Assembly (NCBI GenBank): GCA_963745025.1
Contig: CAVUWD010000016.1
Coordinates: 352,001-416,000, forward strand
Length of the DNA: 64,000 bases
Source of the DNA: an uncultured delta proteobacterium
GTDB lineage: Bacteria; Desulfobacterota; Binatia; JACPRU01
Reading direction: 5' to 3'
Part shown: piece by piece, positions 10,473 to 20,072 of the stretch
Layout of the letters: each line of letters begins with the position of its first letter
Position numbering within the stretch: the stretch's first letter is position 1
Made by a program: the position numbers and the translations under genes
Notes under the pieces: generated by a model
Told to the model about the DNA's origin: nothing
The model's input: the letters and a program-made list of their open reading frames with translations, nothing else
The model's database searches: none

Positions 10473-10943
10473 ATGTCGACAACCAGCGTCCACCAGTATT
10501 TCACCGCCGACCATCGCCGCCTCGACGATCTCATGCGGACGTTCCAATCGGAAAAACGTCGGGACTTCTCAAAGGCGAAGGATGCGTTCCGCGAATTCCT
10601 CTTCGGTCTGCGACGGCACATCGTCTGGGAGGAAGACATCCTGTTCCCATCGTTCGAGAAACGGTCGGGTATTGGCTCGGGCGGGCCGACAGACGTCATG
10701 CGAGCCGAACACCGGCTGATCGGTGATGCCCTCGATGAGCTCCACGAGAAGGTGCGCCGGGCCGATCCCGCGTGCGACGCGGAGGTGCAAAAGCTGACGG
10801 AGCTGCTCTCCGTTCACAACCGCAAGGAAGAGAACGTCCTCTACCCAATGTTCGACGAGACCGTAGACGCCGAGGAGCGGACGCGGCTCTTCCAGGAAAT
10901 GGAGGAGATTCCCCGAGAGCGCTACGCCCGATGCTGCGGGTGA
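10473..10943 (+). CDS. Hemerythrin-like (HHE) domain protein
   Basis: DHRRLD, RHIVWEEDILFP, MRAEH and HNRKEENVLYP. Confidence 0.9.
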   Translation: MSTTSVHQYFTADHRRLDDLMRTFQSEKRRDFSKAKDAFREFLFGLRRHIVWEEDILFPSFEKRSGIGSGGPTDVMRAEHRLIGDALDELHEKVRRADPACDAEVQKLTELLSVHNRKEENVLYPMFDETVDAEERTRLFQEMEEIPRERYARCCG

Positions 10944-11065
10944 GCTGCACTCGTTCGGCAGTGGGGTAGCGGGACGTGTCGCGGCGGCTCGCCGCCGCAA
11001 TGGCGAGCCGCGGATGTGCCACGTCGCGATCCCGAACCACATCAACGAAACGGGAGGATGCATCC

Positions 11066-12298
11066 ATGGAAGACGTGTTCGTCGTCGGGGTGGGTATGAC
11101 GCCGTTCGGCGTTCACACCGGGCGGAGCGTGAAGGATCTCGTCCGCGAGGCGGTCGAGGAGGCGCTCGCGGATGCCGGCGCCACGCGCGCCGATCTCGGC
11201 GCCGCGATCTTCTCGAACCTCGCGCAGGGAGCTCTCGAGGGGCAGTTCGGCACGCCGGGGCAGATCGCGCTCCGGGCCATGGGCATCGAGGCGATCCCGA
11301 TCGTGAACGTGGAGAACGCCTGCGCCAGCGCCTCGACGGCCTTCCACCTCGCCGTGAACCAGGTGAAAGCCGGCGTCTGCGACGTTGCGCTCGCCGTCGG
11401 CGTCGAGAAGCTGAACGTCGGTGACTGGTCCCACCGCATGAAGGTGTTCGACGGCGCGCTCGACGTCGAGGACGGTGGAGCGACGATGCGCCGGCTGCTG
11501 GCGATCGGCGGGATCGACGAATCGGAAGAGCCTTCCGGCCATCGCACCTCGATGATGGACGTGTATGCGAGCTTCGCACGCGCACACATGAAGGACTTCG
11601 GCACCACGCAGCGGCAATTCGCGGCCGTAGCGGCGAAGAACCACGACCACTCCGCCCGAAACCCGAAGAGCCACTTCCGAAAGGCGATGACCGTGGAGGA
11701 GGTGCTCGCGGGGCGGCCTCTGCTGTATCCGCTGACGGTGCCGATGTGCTCGCCGCTCACCGACGGAGCCGCGGCCGCGATCGTCTGCAGCCGCGAAGGT
11801 CTCGAGCGCCTGCGCGTGCCGCGTGCGCAGGCGGTGCGGACCCTCGCGAGCGTCCTCGTGAGCGGTCGCGAGCGCGATCCTCACGACTGGAAGGCGCACG
11901 TGGGCCGGCGTGCGGCAACGAAGGCATATGAGCTCGCCGGCGTCGGCCCCCGCGAGGTTTCCCTCGCGGAGGTGCACGACGCGACCGCCGTAGGCGAGGT
12001 GATCCAGACCGAGTGCCTCGGTTTCTGCGAGCTGGGCGAAGGAGGACGCCTCGCCGAGAGCGGCGCTACGCGACTGGGCGGGCGCATTCCCGTGAACGTC
12101 TCGGGGGGACTCGAATCGAAGGGGCACCCAATCGGCGCAACCGGTCTCGGGCAGATCTACGAGCTGGTCTCGCAGATCCGCGGCCGCGCCGGAGAACGGC
12201 AGGTCGAGGACGCCCGCATCGCCATCGCCGAGAACGGGGGCGGGATCGTCGGCATCGAGGAGGCCTCGGCGTGCGTCACGATCCTCGCGCGATCGTGA
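11066..12298 (+). CDS. Thiolase, SCP2/SCP-x type
   Basis: GGAGG then MEDVFVVGVGMTPFG; NVENACAS, EVHDA and SKGHPIGATG. Confidence 0.92.
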   Translation: MEDVFVVGVGMTPFGVHTGRSVKDLVREAVEEALADAGATRADLGAAIFSNLAQGALEGQFGTPGQIALRAMGIEAIPIVNVENACASASTAFHLAVNQVKAGVCDVALAVGVEKLNVGDWSHRMKVFDGALDVEDGGATMRRLLAIGGIDESEEPSGHRTSMMDVYASFARAHMKDFGTTQRQFAAVAAKNHDHSARNPKSHFRKAMTVEEVLAGRPLLYPLTVPMCSPLTDGAAAAIVCSREGLERLRVPRAQAVRTLASVLVSGRERDPHDWKAHVGRRAATKAYELAGVGPREVSLAEVHDATAVGEVIQTECLGFCELGEGGRLAESGATRLGGRIPVNVSGGLESKGHPIGATGLGQIYELVSQIRGRAGERQVEDARIAIAENGGGIVGIEEASACVTILARS

Positions 12299-12415
12299 GC
12301 GGCTGTCGAGGACTCGGTCGGGAGGCCGATCAGGTGCGGCACTGAGGAGCTGACCACCCCAAGCGACGATTGGCCAAGAAAGCGCCCGTGCCGAAGATCG
12401 CGTCGCGGGGCGGGC

Positions 12416-13945
12416 TCAAAAGCCGTACGTGCCGCGCAGCGCCAACTCGTCGGCGAAGCCCAGGGCTCCGAGCCTCCCCGGGCGATTCTCCTCGCCGCCG
12501 AGCAGGTTTGCGAAGAGATCGAACCGCCAGTGGTCGCCGACGATTGCGCGCGCTCCGGGCTGTACCCAGTACGCGCCATCGGGGTCGTAGTTGGCGAGCA
12601 GCTCGAGGAACAGGAGCTTGCGCAGCAGCGGCTGTGAGAGCGCGAAGGTGAGCTGCTCCGCCGTAGCGTCGACGCGGGCTCCGTTCGAGCGGATGCCTTG
12701 CGGTGCGCCCGCGACGATCGTCTCGAAGAACGTGAAGCTCAGGATCGTCGTCGCATCCGCTCCGGGGAAGAGGACCGTCGGCCGATCCACCGACAACGCA
12801 TAGCGCCACGTGGCTCGCCGCTCCACTTGCGTGGGCGCCGGCTCCCCGGAACCGGGCGCCTTTTGGTACGGCTGGTCGGGAGCGACCGTTGCCTCGAGGC
12901 GGAAGACCGCGCCGAGCTGCTGCTGGAAGTAGTTGGCCGAACCCCCGGCGAGAAAGACCCGCGGGTGAACGCCGTCACTCAGGAAGCGCAGCGGCACGGT
13001 TTCGCCCGGCGCGACGGGTGTCGGAAGGCCGAGTTTCGGGTCGACGACCGCCCCGCTCGAAAGCAGCACGGCGTCGTCGACCGGCTTCGACAGCGCGACG
13101 AGCGAGAGCGAGGCTCCGAGGATGTTCTCGGTGATGCGGCCGCCGACGGTCCAGTGCCCCCGCGCGGGCTCGTCATGCACGGCGACGAAGCTCGGGGTCA
13201 CATTGTAGGGTGAGCCGAGGGCGGGGAGCTGGGTCGAGATCGAGTCTCCCGGGTTGGCGATGACCTCGAGATCAGTCTCGGCGGACCAAGGATTCGGCAG
13301 CGGCGAGGTCACCCGCAGCATCCACTGCGGGATGCGGATGTTGTCGAACTCCTCGACGAAGGGCTCGAGGAAGAGGTGCCAGTTCAGATCGAGGGGGTTG
13401 ACCACGTCGAGCACGCGCCTTCCCAGCGTCTCGCCCCAGACGACCTGCTGCTTGCCGATGCGCACCCACGCCGCCCCCAGCGACACGTCCGTGTACAGCT
13501 CCCAAGCTTCGGCGCAGGCATGGTCGCTCGACACCCGCATGCTCCAGCCGTCGCCCCGGAACCCCGCAGGGCAGCCGTCGAAGTTGCGCAGGCGCCCGTC
13601 GAGGTCGCTCGCGTGCTCCGTCATCAGGCGGAACTTGCCGAAGAGGCGGAGCTCTTTCGACAGATCGTAGATCAGCTCGAGCTGGCCGAAGGAGCGGAAG
13701 AGGTTCACCGTGTGTGCGGTGTCGTCGACGCCCCGGTTGTTGGGATTCCTGCCGTCGAGGGAGATCGCGCTCTGTAGGCGCTGGAATCCCGTGGCGTCCA
13801 GGTGCGGGTAGTCCGCGGCCGAAACCGTACCGCTCCCGATCGCTACGAGGATGATCCACCAGGCGAGCCACGCCGTCCGCGCGCCGCCGATCGCCGGACT
13901 GCGCGGATTTAGTAGGCCGCCCGCAGCATCGCTTCCTCGGTCCAC
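12416..13945 (-). CDS. DUF1302-like outer-membrane beta-barrel protein (start uncertain)
   Basis: Signal-like N-terminus; RIGKQQVVWGE..RVLDVVNPLD and RIPQWM; C-terminal TYGF. Confidence 0.7.
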   Translation of the reverse strand: MDRGSDAAGGLLNPRSPAIGGARTAWLAWWIILVAIGSGTVSAADYPHLDATGFQRLQSAISLDGRNPNNRGVDDTAHTVNLFRSFGQLELIYDLSKELRLFGKFRLMTEHASDLDGRLRNFDGCPAGFRGDGWSMRVSSDHACAEAWELYTDVSLGAAWVRIGKQQVVWGETLGRRVLDVVNPLDLNWHLFLEPFVEEFDNIRIPQWMLRVTSPLPNPWSAETDLEVIANPGDSISTQLPALGSPYNVTPSFVAVHDEPARGHWTVGGRITENILGASLSLVALSKPVDDAVLLSSGAVVDPKLGLPTPVAPGETVPLRFLSDGVHPRVFLAGGSANYFQQQLGAVFRLEATVAPDQPYQKAPGSGEPAPTQVERRATWRYALSVDRPTVLFPGADATTILSFTFFETIVAGAPQGIRSNGARVDATAEQLTFALSQPLLRKLLFLELLANYDPDGAYWVQPGARAIVGDHWRFDLFANLLGGEENRPGRLGALGFADELALRGTYGF

Positions 13946-15213
13946 AGATCCTCGAGCTTCCTCCCGGCGTTCTTCTCGACCGAGGGGGCGTCGACCCAGA
14001 TGTAGGTGACGTGGTCGGCGAGCAGGTCCATGGTGTGGTTGGGATGGTTGAACGAGATGACGGTCTCGCCGTCCTTGCGGATGCGGGCGTGATGGTGGAC
14101 GCCCGTCTTCCACACCCGGCCGGTGCGGTCGTAGAAATCGAAGACGAGTGGCTTGCGCATCACCGAGTCGACGTAGAGGATCTTCTTCGCGTACGGGCAC
14201 TGCGGATCCTTCGGCACGGCCTCGAGGATCTGGACGTCGGGCCGAAGCTCCCAGCGCCCGCGGGGGAAGCGGCCGGCGATCGTCGGCAGGGGATCGATCT
14301 CGTAGCCGTCCGACACGCCGGGGAGGATCATCGGCCGGCGCTCGGCGAGGGTCCACGACCAGCGGCTCAGCGGATCGTTGTTGCCGTTGTGGTCGCTGCG
14401 GAAGATGTCGTTGCCGCTGGCGGATTCCCAGCGCTGGTAGGTCGGCACCTCGCGCACGCGGCGCGTGGCGGGTACGTAAGCGTAGGCTCGCTCGAGCAGC
14501 GTCTGATCGTAGGGCCGCACGGTGAGCACCGCGAGGCCGCGGTAGTCGAAGGGCTCCACGTAGCGGATGAGCAGGCGGTAGAGCTCGTCCTCGTGCCCCG
14601 GGTAGAACGGCGCGGGCGGCATGCGCGTGCGGCCGACCGTGCTGATGCCTGTGAAGATCCACCGCAGAGACCGGTAGACCTCGCCCTTGCGGATCAGGTG
14701 CTCGCCGCCGCCGTAAGAGAAGTCGTCGGCATACTCGATCCACGAGGCGCTGGCGATGTTCCACGCCGCCTCGAGGCCTGTCCTGGGCTCGAGGAAAGGA
14801 AATCCGCCGATCCACGGGCGCCCATCGCGCGTGCGAAGCTGCCCCTTCTCGTCGAGCACGGCCATCCCGCGATGGTGCTCGCTTGCCTCGAGCCAGGGCT
14901 CGGGGACCAGCCGGCGCTCGTCGGTCGTGGTCGGGCCGACCGTGAGCTCGAGCCCGTACCGCGCGATCTGCTCGCGCGTGCCCGCGGGCAGGAGATCCTT
15001 CACGACCGTCACGTTGTCTCTCGTGATCGTCGCGCCGACGCTGATCCGTCCGCCGGTGAGGTCGTCGAGAGTGGGCGATGACGCGGCCGCCGCCGATCGC
15101 GCACCCCAGCCGGGGACCGCGGATCGCAACGCGCAGAGCCCGGCCGTCGCGCCAGCCATCTTGAGCAATCGCCGCCGATCCAGCGCGAAAACGGCGGCGG
15201 ATGGGTCGCTCAC
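13909..15213 (-). CDS. DUF1329-family periplasmic protein with Tat signal
   Basis: DRRRLLK Tat motif; GFPF, AYVPATRRVR, PYAKKILYVD and YDRTGRVWK; GTGA coupling at 15210-15213. Confidence 0.8.
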   Translation of the reverse strand: MSDPSAAVFALDRRRLLKMAGATAGLCALRSAVPGWGARSAAAASSPTLDDLTGGRISVGATITRDNVTVVKDLLPAGTREQIARYGLELTVGPTTTDERRLVPEPWLEASEHHRGMAVLDEKGQLRTRDGRPWIGGFPFLEPRTGLEAAWNIASASWIEYADDFSYGGGEHLIRKGEVYRSLRWIFTGISTVGRTRMPPAPFYPGHEDELYRLLIRYVEPFDYRGLAVLTVRPYDQTLLERAYAYVPATRRVREVPTYQRWESASGNDIFRSDHNGNNDPLSRWSWTLAERRPMILPGVSDGYEIDPLPTIAGRFPRGRWELRPDVQILEAVPKDPQCPYAKKILYVDSVMRKPLVFDFYDRTGRVWKTGVHHHARIRKDGETVISFNHPNHTMDLLADHVTYIWVDAPSVEKNAGRKLEDLWTEEAMLRAAY

Positions 15214-15752
15214 CACGGTGAGCCCAGCGTGCCTTCGAAGAAGCCGCCGAAACGCAGAAAGCCACCCACCATCACCGCGACCATCCCCGCAATCGCGTTG
15301 TAGCGCGCGAGCCGGCGCATCCAGGCTGCGGCGTTCGGCGCCGCGGCGCGCTTGTCCTCGATCTCCTGGCGGCTGGCGTCGTACGGGAGCTTCACGATGA
15401 CTCGCGGGCGCAGGTAGAAGGTGAGGATCGCCCCGTTCACCGTCACCGTCAGCCAGATCGTCATCATGACGAGCAGCGCGCTGCCGTATCCGGTGAGGTA
15501 GAAATGGTAATCGACGAGATCCCAAGTCAGCCCGAAGCGGGTGGTCAGGAAGAGCCCGGTGAGCGGCAGGCCGATCAGCGTTCCCCAGATGAGGCGCGCG
15601 AATGTGACGCCGAGCCGGTCGCCCAGGCGCGCCGCCTGTCCAGGGGGAATGAGATCGAGTTTGGGTGTGAGCAGGAAGTCGAGGAACACGTTGGCGCCAA
15701 CGAAGATCGCCGCGAAGAGCAAGTGCAGACCGACGAGGAGGGAGTTGATCAT
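15210..15752 (-). CDS. Four-TM membrane protein (CopD/DUF4149-like)
   Basis: MINSLLVGLHLLFAAIFVG...; four hydrophobic segments; translationally coupled. Confidence 0.7.
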   Translation of the reverse strand: MINSLLVGLHLLFAAIFVGANVFLDFLLTPKLDLIPPGQAARLGDRLGVTFARLIWGTLIGLPLTGLFLTTRFGLTWDLVDYHFYLTGYGSALLVMMTIWLTVTVNGAILTFYLRPRVIVKLPYDASRQEIEDKRAAAPNAAAWMRRLARYNAIAGMVAVMVGGFLRFGGFFEGTLGSPW

Positions 15753-16861
15753 TGCGTTCCCGCCCAGTAGCTCCCAGCGCGCAGGGTCTCGAGGTCCGCT
15801 TCCAGTTGCCGCACGTGCTCGCCTGTATCTCCCTCGACGCTGACGCAGGCCTTCGCCCACTCCGCGCAGTACGCGCAGCGCTGGCAGTCGAGGGAGCAGT
15901 GCCCCTCGCGGAAGAACCGCAGGAAGCCGTCGAGCCGGGAACTCGCCATGTGCACGCGCGGCGCCGTCGGAGTCTCCCCCGACAGCGTCTCCATCGGCTG
16001 GACGGCGACGAGCAGCTCGGCCACATCTTCGCAGCGCCGGCGGTGATAGGCTTCGGCCACCTTGAGGATCCACGGCGTGTGCGAGCTCGGGCCGTCGCCC
16101 ATCTTCTCTCGGCCCGCGACCTTGAAGAAGTCGATCCCGAGCTGCTCGTACTGGGCCACGTCCTCGGGCCGGATCCACGGCGCCCGCAGGTACTCGACCA
16201 CGTCGTTGCCTCGCGCCAGCGAGCAGCGGTAGTAGCAGTAGTCGACGTAGTAGTGCCGTTCGATGCTCTCCGCGGAGTGGGAGATCATGTTGGCGTGGTA
16301 GTGACGGATCGGGCAGGAGAGCAGGCAGCCCTCGTTGACCACCACCGACAGGGGGCAGTCGACGGCGCGGCGGATGATCTCGAGGCGGCGGAAGTCGCGG
16401 TTGATCTGCGGGTCGATGTGGATGAGGTCCGCCCCGAGGTCGCGAAAGTACGCGGCCTTGCGGGCGTCGTCCACCGCCGCCAGCACCGACACCTGGAGCT
16501 CGAGCTCCGGGAAGTTTTTGCCAACGAGCTCCATCACGTATGGGTTCGCGGTGACCACCGCGGTCGCCCCGACCGCGCGCAGCCACTCGAGCCGTTGCAG
16601 AATCTCCCAGCGTCCGTCCTCGGAGAGCTCGCGGTTGCCGAGGCAAGTGGCGTTCATCACGTAGGTGAACTTGATGCCGCGCTCTTCCATCTGCTGGATC
16701 TGGCTCGCGACTTCCTCTTCCGTCACCTCCGGCAACACCAACGAAGAGCGTACCGTGGCTTCGCGGGGCAGGCTGCCGTAGAGATACGCGGGCTTGAGAC
16801 GGGCCGCGCGCGGGAGCAGCTCCGGATCCCAGTTCGTGGGTAGAATCAGCTTTCCGTCCAT
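15749..16861 (-). CDS. Peptidase U32 family Fe-S protein (putative O2-independent hydroxylase)
   Basis: YVMNATC, NEGCLLSCP, YCYYRC, WIRPED, FKVAGR and C-terminal CxxDCxxCxYC. Confidence 0.85.
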   Translation of the reverse strand: MDGKLILPTNWDPELLPRAARLKPAYLYGSLPREATVRSSLVLPEVTEEEVASQIQQMEERGIKFTYVMNATCLGNRELSEDGRWEILQRLEWLRAVGATAVVTANPYVMELVGKNFPELELQVSVLAAVDDARKAAYFRDLGADLIHIDPQINRDFRRLEIIRRAVDCPLSVVVNEGCLLSCPIRHYHANMISHSAESIERHYYVDYCYYRCSLARGNDVVEYLRAPWIRPEDVAQYEQLGIDFFKVAGREKMGDGPSSHTPWILKVAEAYHRRRCEDVAELLVAVQPMETLSGETPTAPRVHMASSRLDGFLRFFREGHCSLDCQRCAYCAEWAKACVSVEGDTGEHVRQLEADLETLRAGSYWAGTQ

Positions 16862-18156
16862 TATGCCCTCCGTTGCTCCGGCGCGCCGAGCTCGGAACGT
16901 TCGATCACCTGCCGGAACGTCCACGCGAGGCGGACGTCGCCGAGCCAGACGAGCTCGACCTCGGGAACTTGCAGTCGCTCGTAGAGCCGCGCCTCCAGGG
17001 CCGGCGCGTTGATAGCCGCTCCTTCGATCGCGGCGGTCAGCCGGTTCTCGCCTCCTCGGACCAGCACGAGGTTGCGCCCGACGAGATCGGCGTCCTCGTC
17101 GACGGCGAGGCGCACGTCGTAGGCGGTGATCGTCCGCCCGCCGACGACCACACTGCTCTCCGGCCGCCCGTACATCTTGAGCCGGCGCAGCACCCGGCCG
17201 CACGGGCACTCGCCGGGCAGGAAGGCCGCGACGTCCCCGGTGCTGTAGCGGACGACGACGCTGCCGCTGCCCACTGTGAACTTGGTGACGACGAAGCTGC
17301 CGCGCTCTCCCGGCGGCACCGACCGCCCCGCGGCGTCCACCACCTCGAGGTACGCGGTGTCCTCTTGAATGTGCGGGCCGGTATGCGAGGGACAATCGTC
17401 GAGGCCGATGCCCGCCTCCTGGCACCCGGCCTTCTCGAAGACGTCGCCGACGCCCAGGCGCTGGCGGAGGAAATCACGCAGGCCGGGTGTGAGCGGCTGG
17501 CCCACGGCGACGATCGAACGCACACCGCGGAACGTGTCGCGCAGGCGGATGCGGTGGTCTTCGCCGTAGCGTACGCACGAAAGCAGGAAGGGCGAGGTCG
17601 TACTCACGAGCTCGGGACGGATGGCGGCGACGGTTCGCAGGAAGCTCGCGATCGAGTCGTTCCCCATGCTGCCCCAGAAGTAGGCGATCGACCCGCCGAG
17701 ACGTGCGATCGCGTGAGCCTCGGCGGCGGCGAGCTTGTGCCACGCGGGGCTCAGCAGCAGCGCCGTCATCCCCGGCCGGAAACCCATCCACGAGAAGGCG
17801 CGCAGCAGCCCGCGTATGCCGTACTGCTGATCCTCGAGGCTCGACCAGAGCAGCAGCGGCTCTCCGGAGGTACCGCGCGTGCTGAAGCCGACGCAGCCGT
17901 GGGCGGAGCCGGTCCAGTCCTCTCCGGCCCGCACGAGGATGTCCTTGTTCACGACGGGGAACGATTCGAAGTCCGCGATCGATCCCAGGCGGGCGCAGGA
18001 CATCCCGGCGCGCCGCCAGAGGTCGCGGTAGAAGGGAACCTCGGCCCTGGCGTAGTCCACCACCTCGCGCAAGCGCTCGAGCTGCCAGGCGGCGAGCTCC
18101 GCCGCCGACCAGCGCTCGACCTCATCGAACCGATTCTCTGCGAGCTCCGCCGTCAT
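16861..18156 (-). CDS. Phenylacetate-CoA ligase (PaaK/F390 synthetase)-like protein
   Basis: QLERLR..VPFYR, STRGTSGEP, RYSTGD, CPCGR and YGR. Confidence 0.85.
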   Translation of the reverse strand: MTAELAENRFDEVERWSAAELAAWQLERLREVVDYARAEVPFYRDLWRRAGMSCARLGSIADFESFPVVNKDILVRAGEDWTGSAHGCVGFSTRGTSGEPLLLWSSLEDQQYGIRGLLRAFSWMGFRPGMTALLLSPAWHKLAAAEAHAIARLGGSIAYFWGSMGNDSIASFLRTVAAIRPELVSTTSPFLLSCVRYGEDHRIRLRDTFRGVRSIVAVGQPLTPGLRDFLRQRLGVGDVFEKAGCQEAGIGLDDCPSHTGPHIQEDTAYLEVVDAAGRSVPPGERGSFVVTKFTVGSGSVVVRYSTGDVAAFLPGECPCGRVLRRLKMYGRPESSVVVGGRTITAYDVRLAVDEDADLVGRNLVLVRGGENRLTAAIEGAAINAPALEARLYERLQVPEVELVWLGDVRLAWTFRQVIERSELGAPEQRRA

Positions 18157-18851
18157 TCGAGCACCTTCAAGTCCGGGCCGAGGCCCACCAAACGCACGCA
18201 GCAGTCCTCGGGTCCGAGCGGACACTCGCCGACGCGCGGCCGTCCGACGGTTGCGAGTCGCACAGACTTGGTCGAGGGGGCAAGCAGGTTCACTACTCGA
18301 TCGCCGTCTCTGCGGTAGACGCCGTGGCGCAGGTGGAAATGGTGGCAGCGCGGGCACTCGGGCGCGAGCAGGAGCGCCGACTCGATGTTGAGGAGATAGC
18401 GCGGGGTCCGTCCGCACTCGACGCGCGGTGCGTCGCCGTCGATGGCCACGATCAGCGACGGACAGCGCGAGAGCAGGTGCGCCCCGCCGCGCTCGTCGAC
18501 TTCCCGCAGCAAGCCGAGTACCTCGGCGCGGACGACCAGAACGTCGATCTGCACCTGGTCGGCAAGCGCCGGGGTAAGGGCCACGCGCTCTGGCGACGCG
18601 TCGAGACAGACGATGCGCCCGTGGAGCCGCTCGGCGACGCCGTTTTGCAGGTGCGGCATCAGCGAAGAAGAGCCGAGAAACGCGAGGGGGCTCGTGCCGT
18701 AGTCCTGGACGGCGATCGTAGCGCCATCCTCGACGCCAAGGACGCGGTAGCACCAGGCGAGGTGCTCGGCCCAAATGTCGAGGTCGTTTTCCCCGAAGAG
18801 GAGCCGGCCGTTCGGCACGTCGAAGCTGAGGCGCGCACCCTCAGGAAGCAT
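18153..18851 (-). CDS. Degenerate, truncated PaaK-like protein
   Basis: ENDLDIWAEHLAWCYRVLGVEDG resembles the PaaK core; no P-loop; coupled to its neighbours. Confidence 0.55.
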   Translation of the reverse strand: MLPEGARLSFDVPNGRLLFGENDLDIWAEHLAWCYRVLGVEDGATIAVQDYGTSPLAFLGSSSLMPHLQNGVAERLHGRIVCLDASPERVALTPALADQVQIDVLVVRAEVLGLLREVDERGGAHLLSRCPSLIVAIDGDAPRVECGRTPRYLLNIESALLLAPECPRCHHFHLRHGVYRRDGDRVVNLLAPSTKSVRLATVGRPRVGECPLGPEDCCVRLVGLGPDLKVLE

Positions 18852-20064
18852 GCGTCGCCTCTCGCGGCACTTCACCGTGCAGTGTCACGACTCCGACGTT
18901 GTCCATGCTGGCCATCTGATGAGTGCGAAAGAGCTTCCCCACCCTCAGCTTGGTGTCATCGACCCCGCCCGCATAGCCGACCATGCCCGACAGCGTCTCC
19001 ACGCAGGCCTCGGCCTGGTCGAGCATTTCCCAGGGAACGAGCGAGACCTTTCCGCTCGCGGGGTCGATGGGCACGAGGCTCACGTTGACCAGTGGGAAAC
19101 CATGCGCCCTCGCAGGGAACCACGTGGGATGCGGCGCGACGATCGGTCCAACCTCCGCCAGGCCCCAGACGGGTAGGATCGCCTGACCGAGGAGCTTCTC
19201 GAGCCGTCGCCTCCAGGCCGGATCGAAGCGGGCGGTTGAGACGAAGATATAACGGAGGCCGGCTAAGGCCGCCGGCCGTCTGCGACGGCGCAGCACCTCG
19301 TCCGCCTGGCGCCGGACGAGAATCGTGTACGCCTCGCGATCGGCGTCGAGCGCGCCACCGCTCTTACCTCCGCGGTCCGGGAAGACGATGGGCATGCCCT
19401 GAAGGAGAGCGCCGAACATGCCGACGACCGCTTCCCAGGAGTCAGGCGGTGGCAGGCAGACGAAGGCGAGCTCGCGGAGCGGTGGGATGAACGTGGCGAG
19501 CGAGGTGCACATGGCCGCGATGGAAAAGTGCGAATGAACGACGACACCCCGCTCCCCCGGAATCAGCACCGCGGGATCGAGGGCGCGCCTCGGCCGGGGG
19601 CTCTGGCGATACGCGTCGGCGAGCTCCGCTCGGTGGAGCACGGGGAGCCCCGAACGCTCGGCGCCCGGCCCGGCTCCGCTCGCGGTGATGATCGCGGCCG
19701 CCTCCGCGGACTTCAGATGCGCGGCCTGCTCCTCGACCGCCCGGCTCGGGTCGGTCACCAGCACTCGTTTCTCCGCGAGGAGAGCCGCGAGGAGCAGGAC
19801 CAGCGCGTCGGGGCCGCTAGCCTCGGCGACCGCGATGGTGCCGCCGAGGTCTCGCTTCTGGATGCCGCCTGCCACAGAGAGCGCCTGCTCGAGGAGCTCG
19901 CCATAGGTCAGCCGACCTCCCGCCCACACCAGCGCGGGTCGTTCTTTCGCGCTCGTGGCCCGACGCTTCACGAGCCACTCCAACGCCTGCGGCGGTACCC
20001 CGATCCGTCGCGGTACGCCCGTAGGCCAGTACCACGAGGGAATGGCCCCGCCCACTTTCGACAT
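18841..20064 (-). CDS. Degenerate AMP-binding (adenylate-forming) protein
   Basis: RPALVW..LTYGEL, VWGLAE and GFPL; P-loop missing, TGD replaced by THQ, no C-terminal domain. Confidence 0.65.
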   Translation of the reverse strand: MSKVGGAIPSWYWPTGVPRRIGVPPQALEWLVKRRATSAKERPALVWAGGRLTYGELLEQALSVAGGIQKRDLGGTIAVAEASGPDALVLLLAALLAEKRVLVTDPSRAVEEQAAHLKSAEAAAIITASGAGPGAERSGLPVLHRAELADAYRQSPRPRRALDPAVLIPGERGVVVHSHFSIAAMCTSLATFIPPLRELAFVCLPPPDSWEAVVGMFGALLQGMPIVFPDRGGKSGGALDADREAYTILVRRQADEVLRRRRRPAALAGLRYIFVSTARFDPAWRRRLEKLLGQAILPVWGLAEVGPIVAPHPTWFPARAHGFPLVNVSLVPIDPASGKVSLVPWEMLDQAEACVETLSGMVGYAGGVDDTKLRVGKLFRTHQMASMDNVGVVTLHGEVPREATHAS

Positions 20065-20072
20065 AGCGGCTC

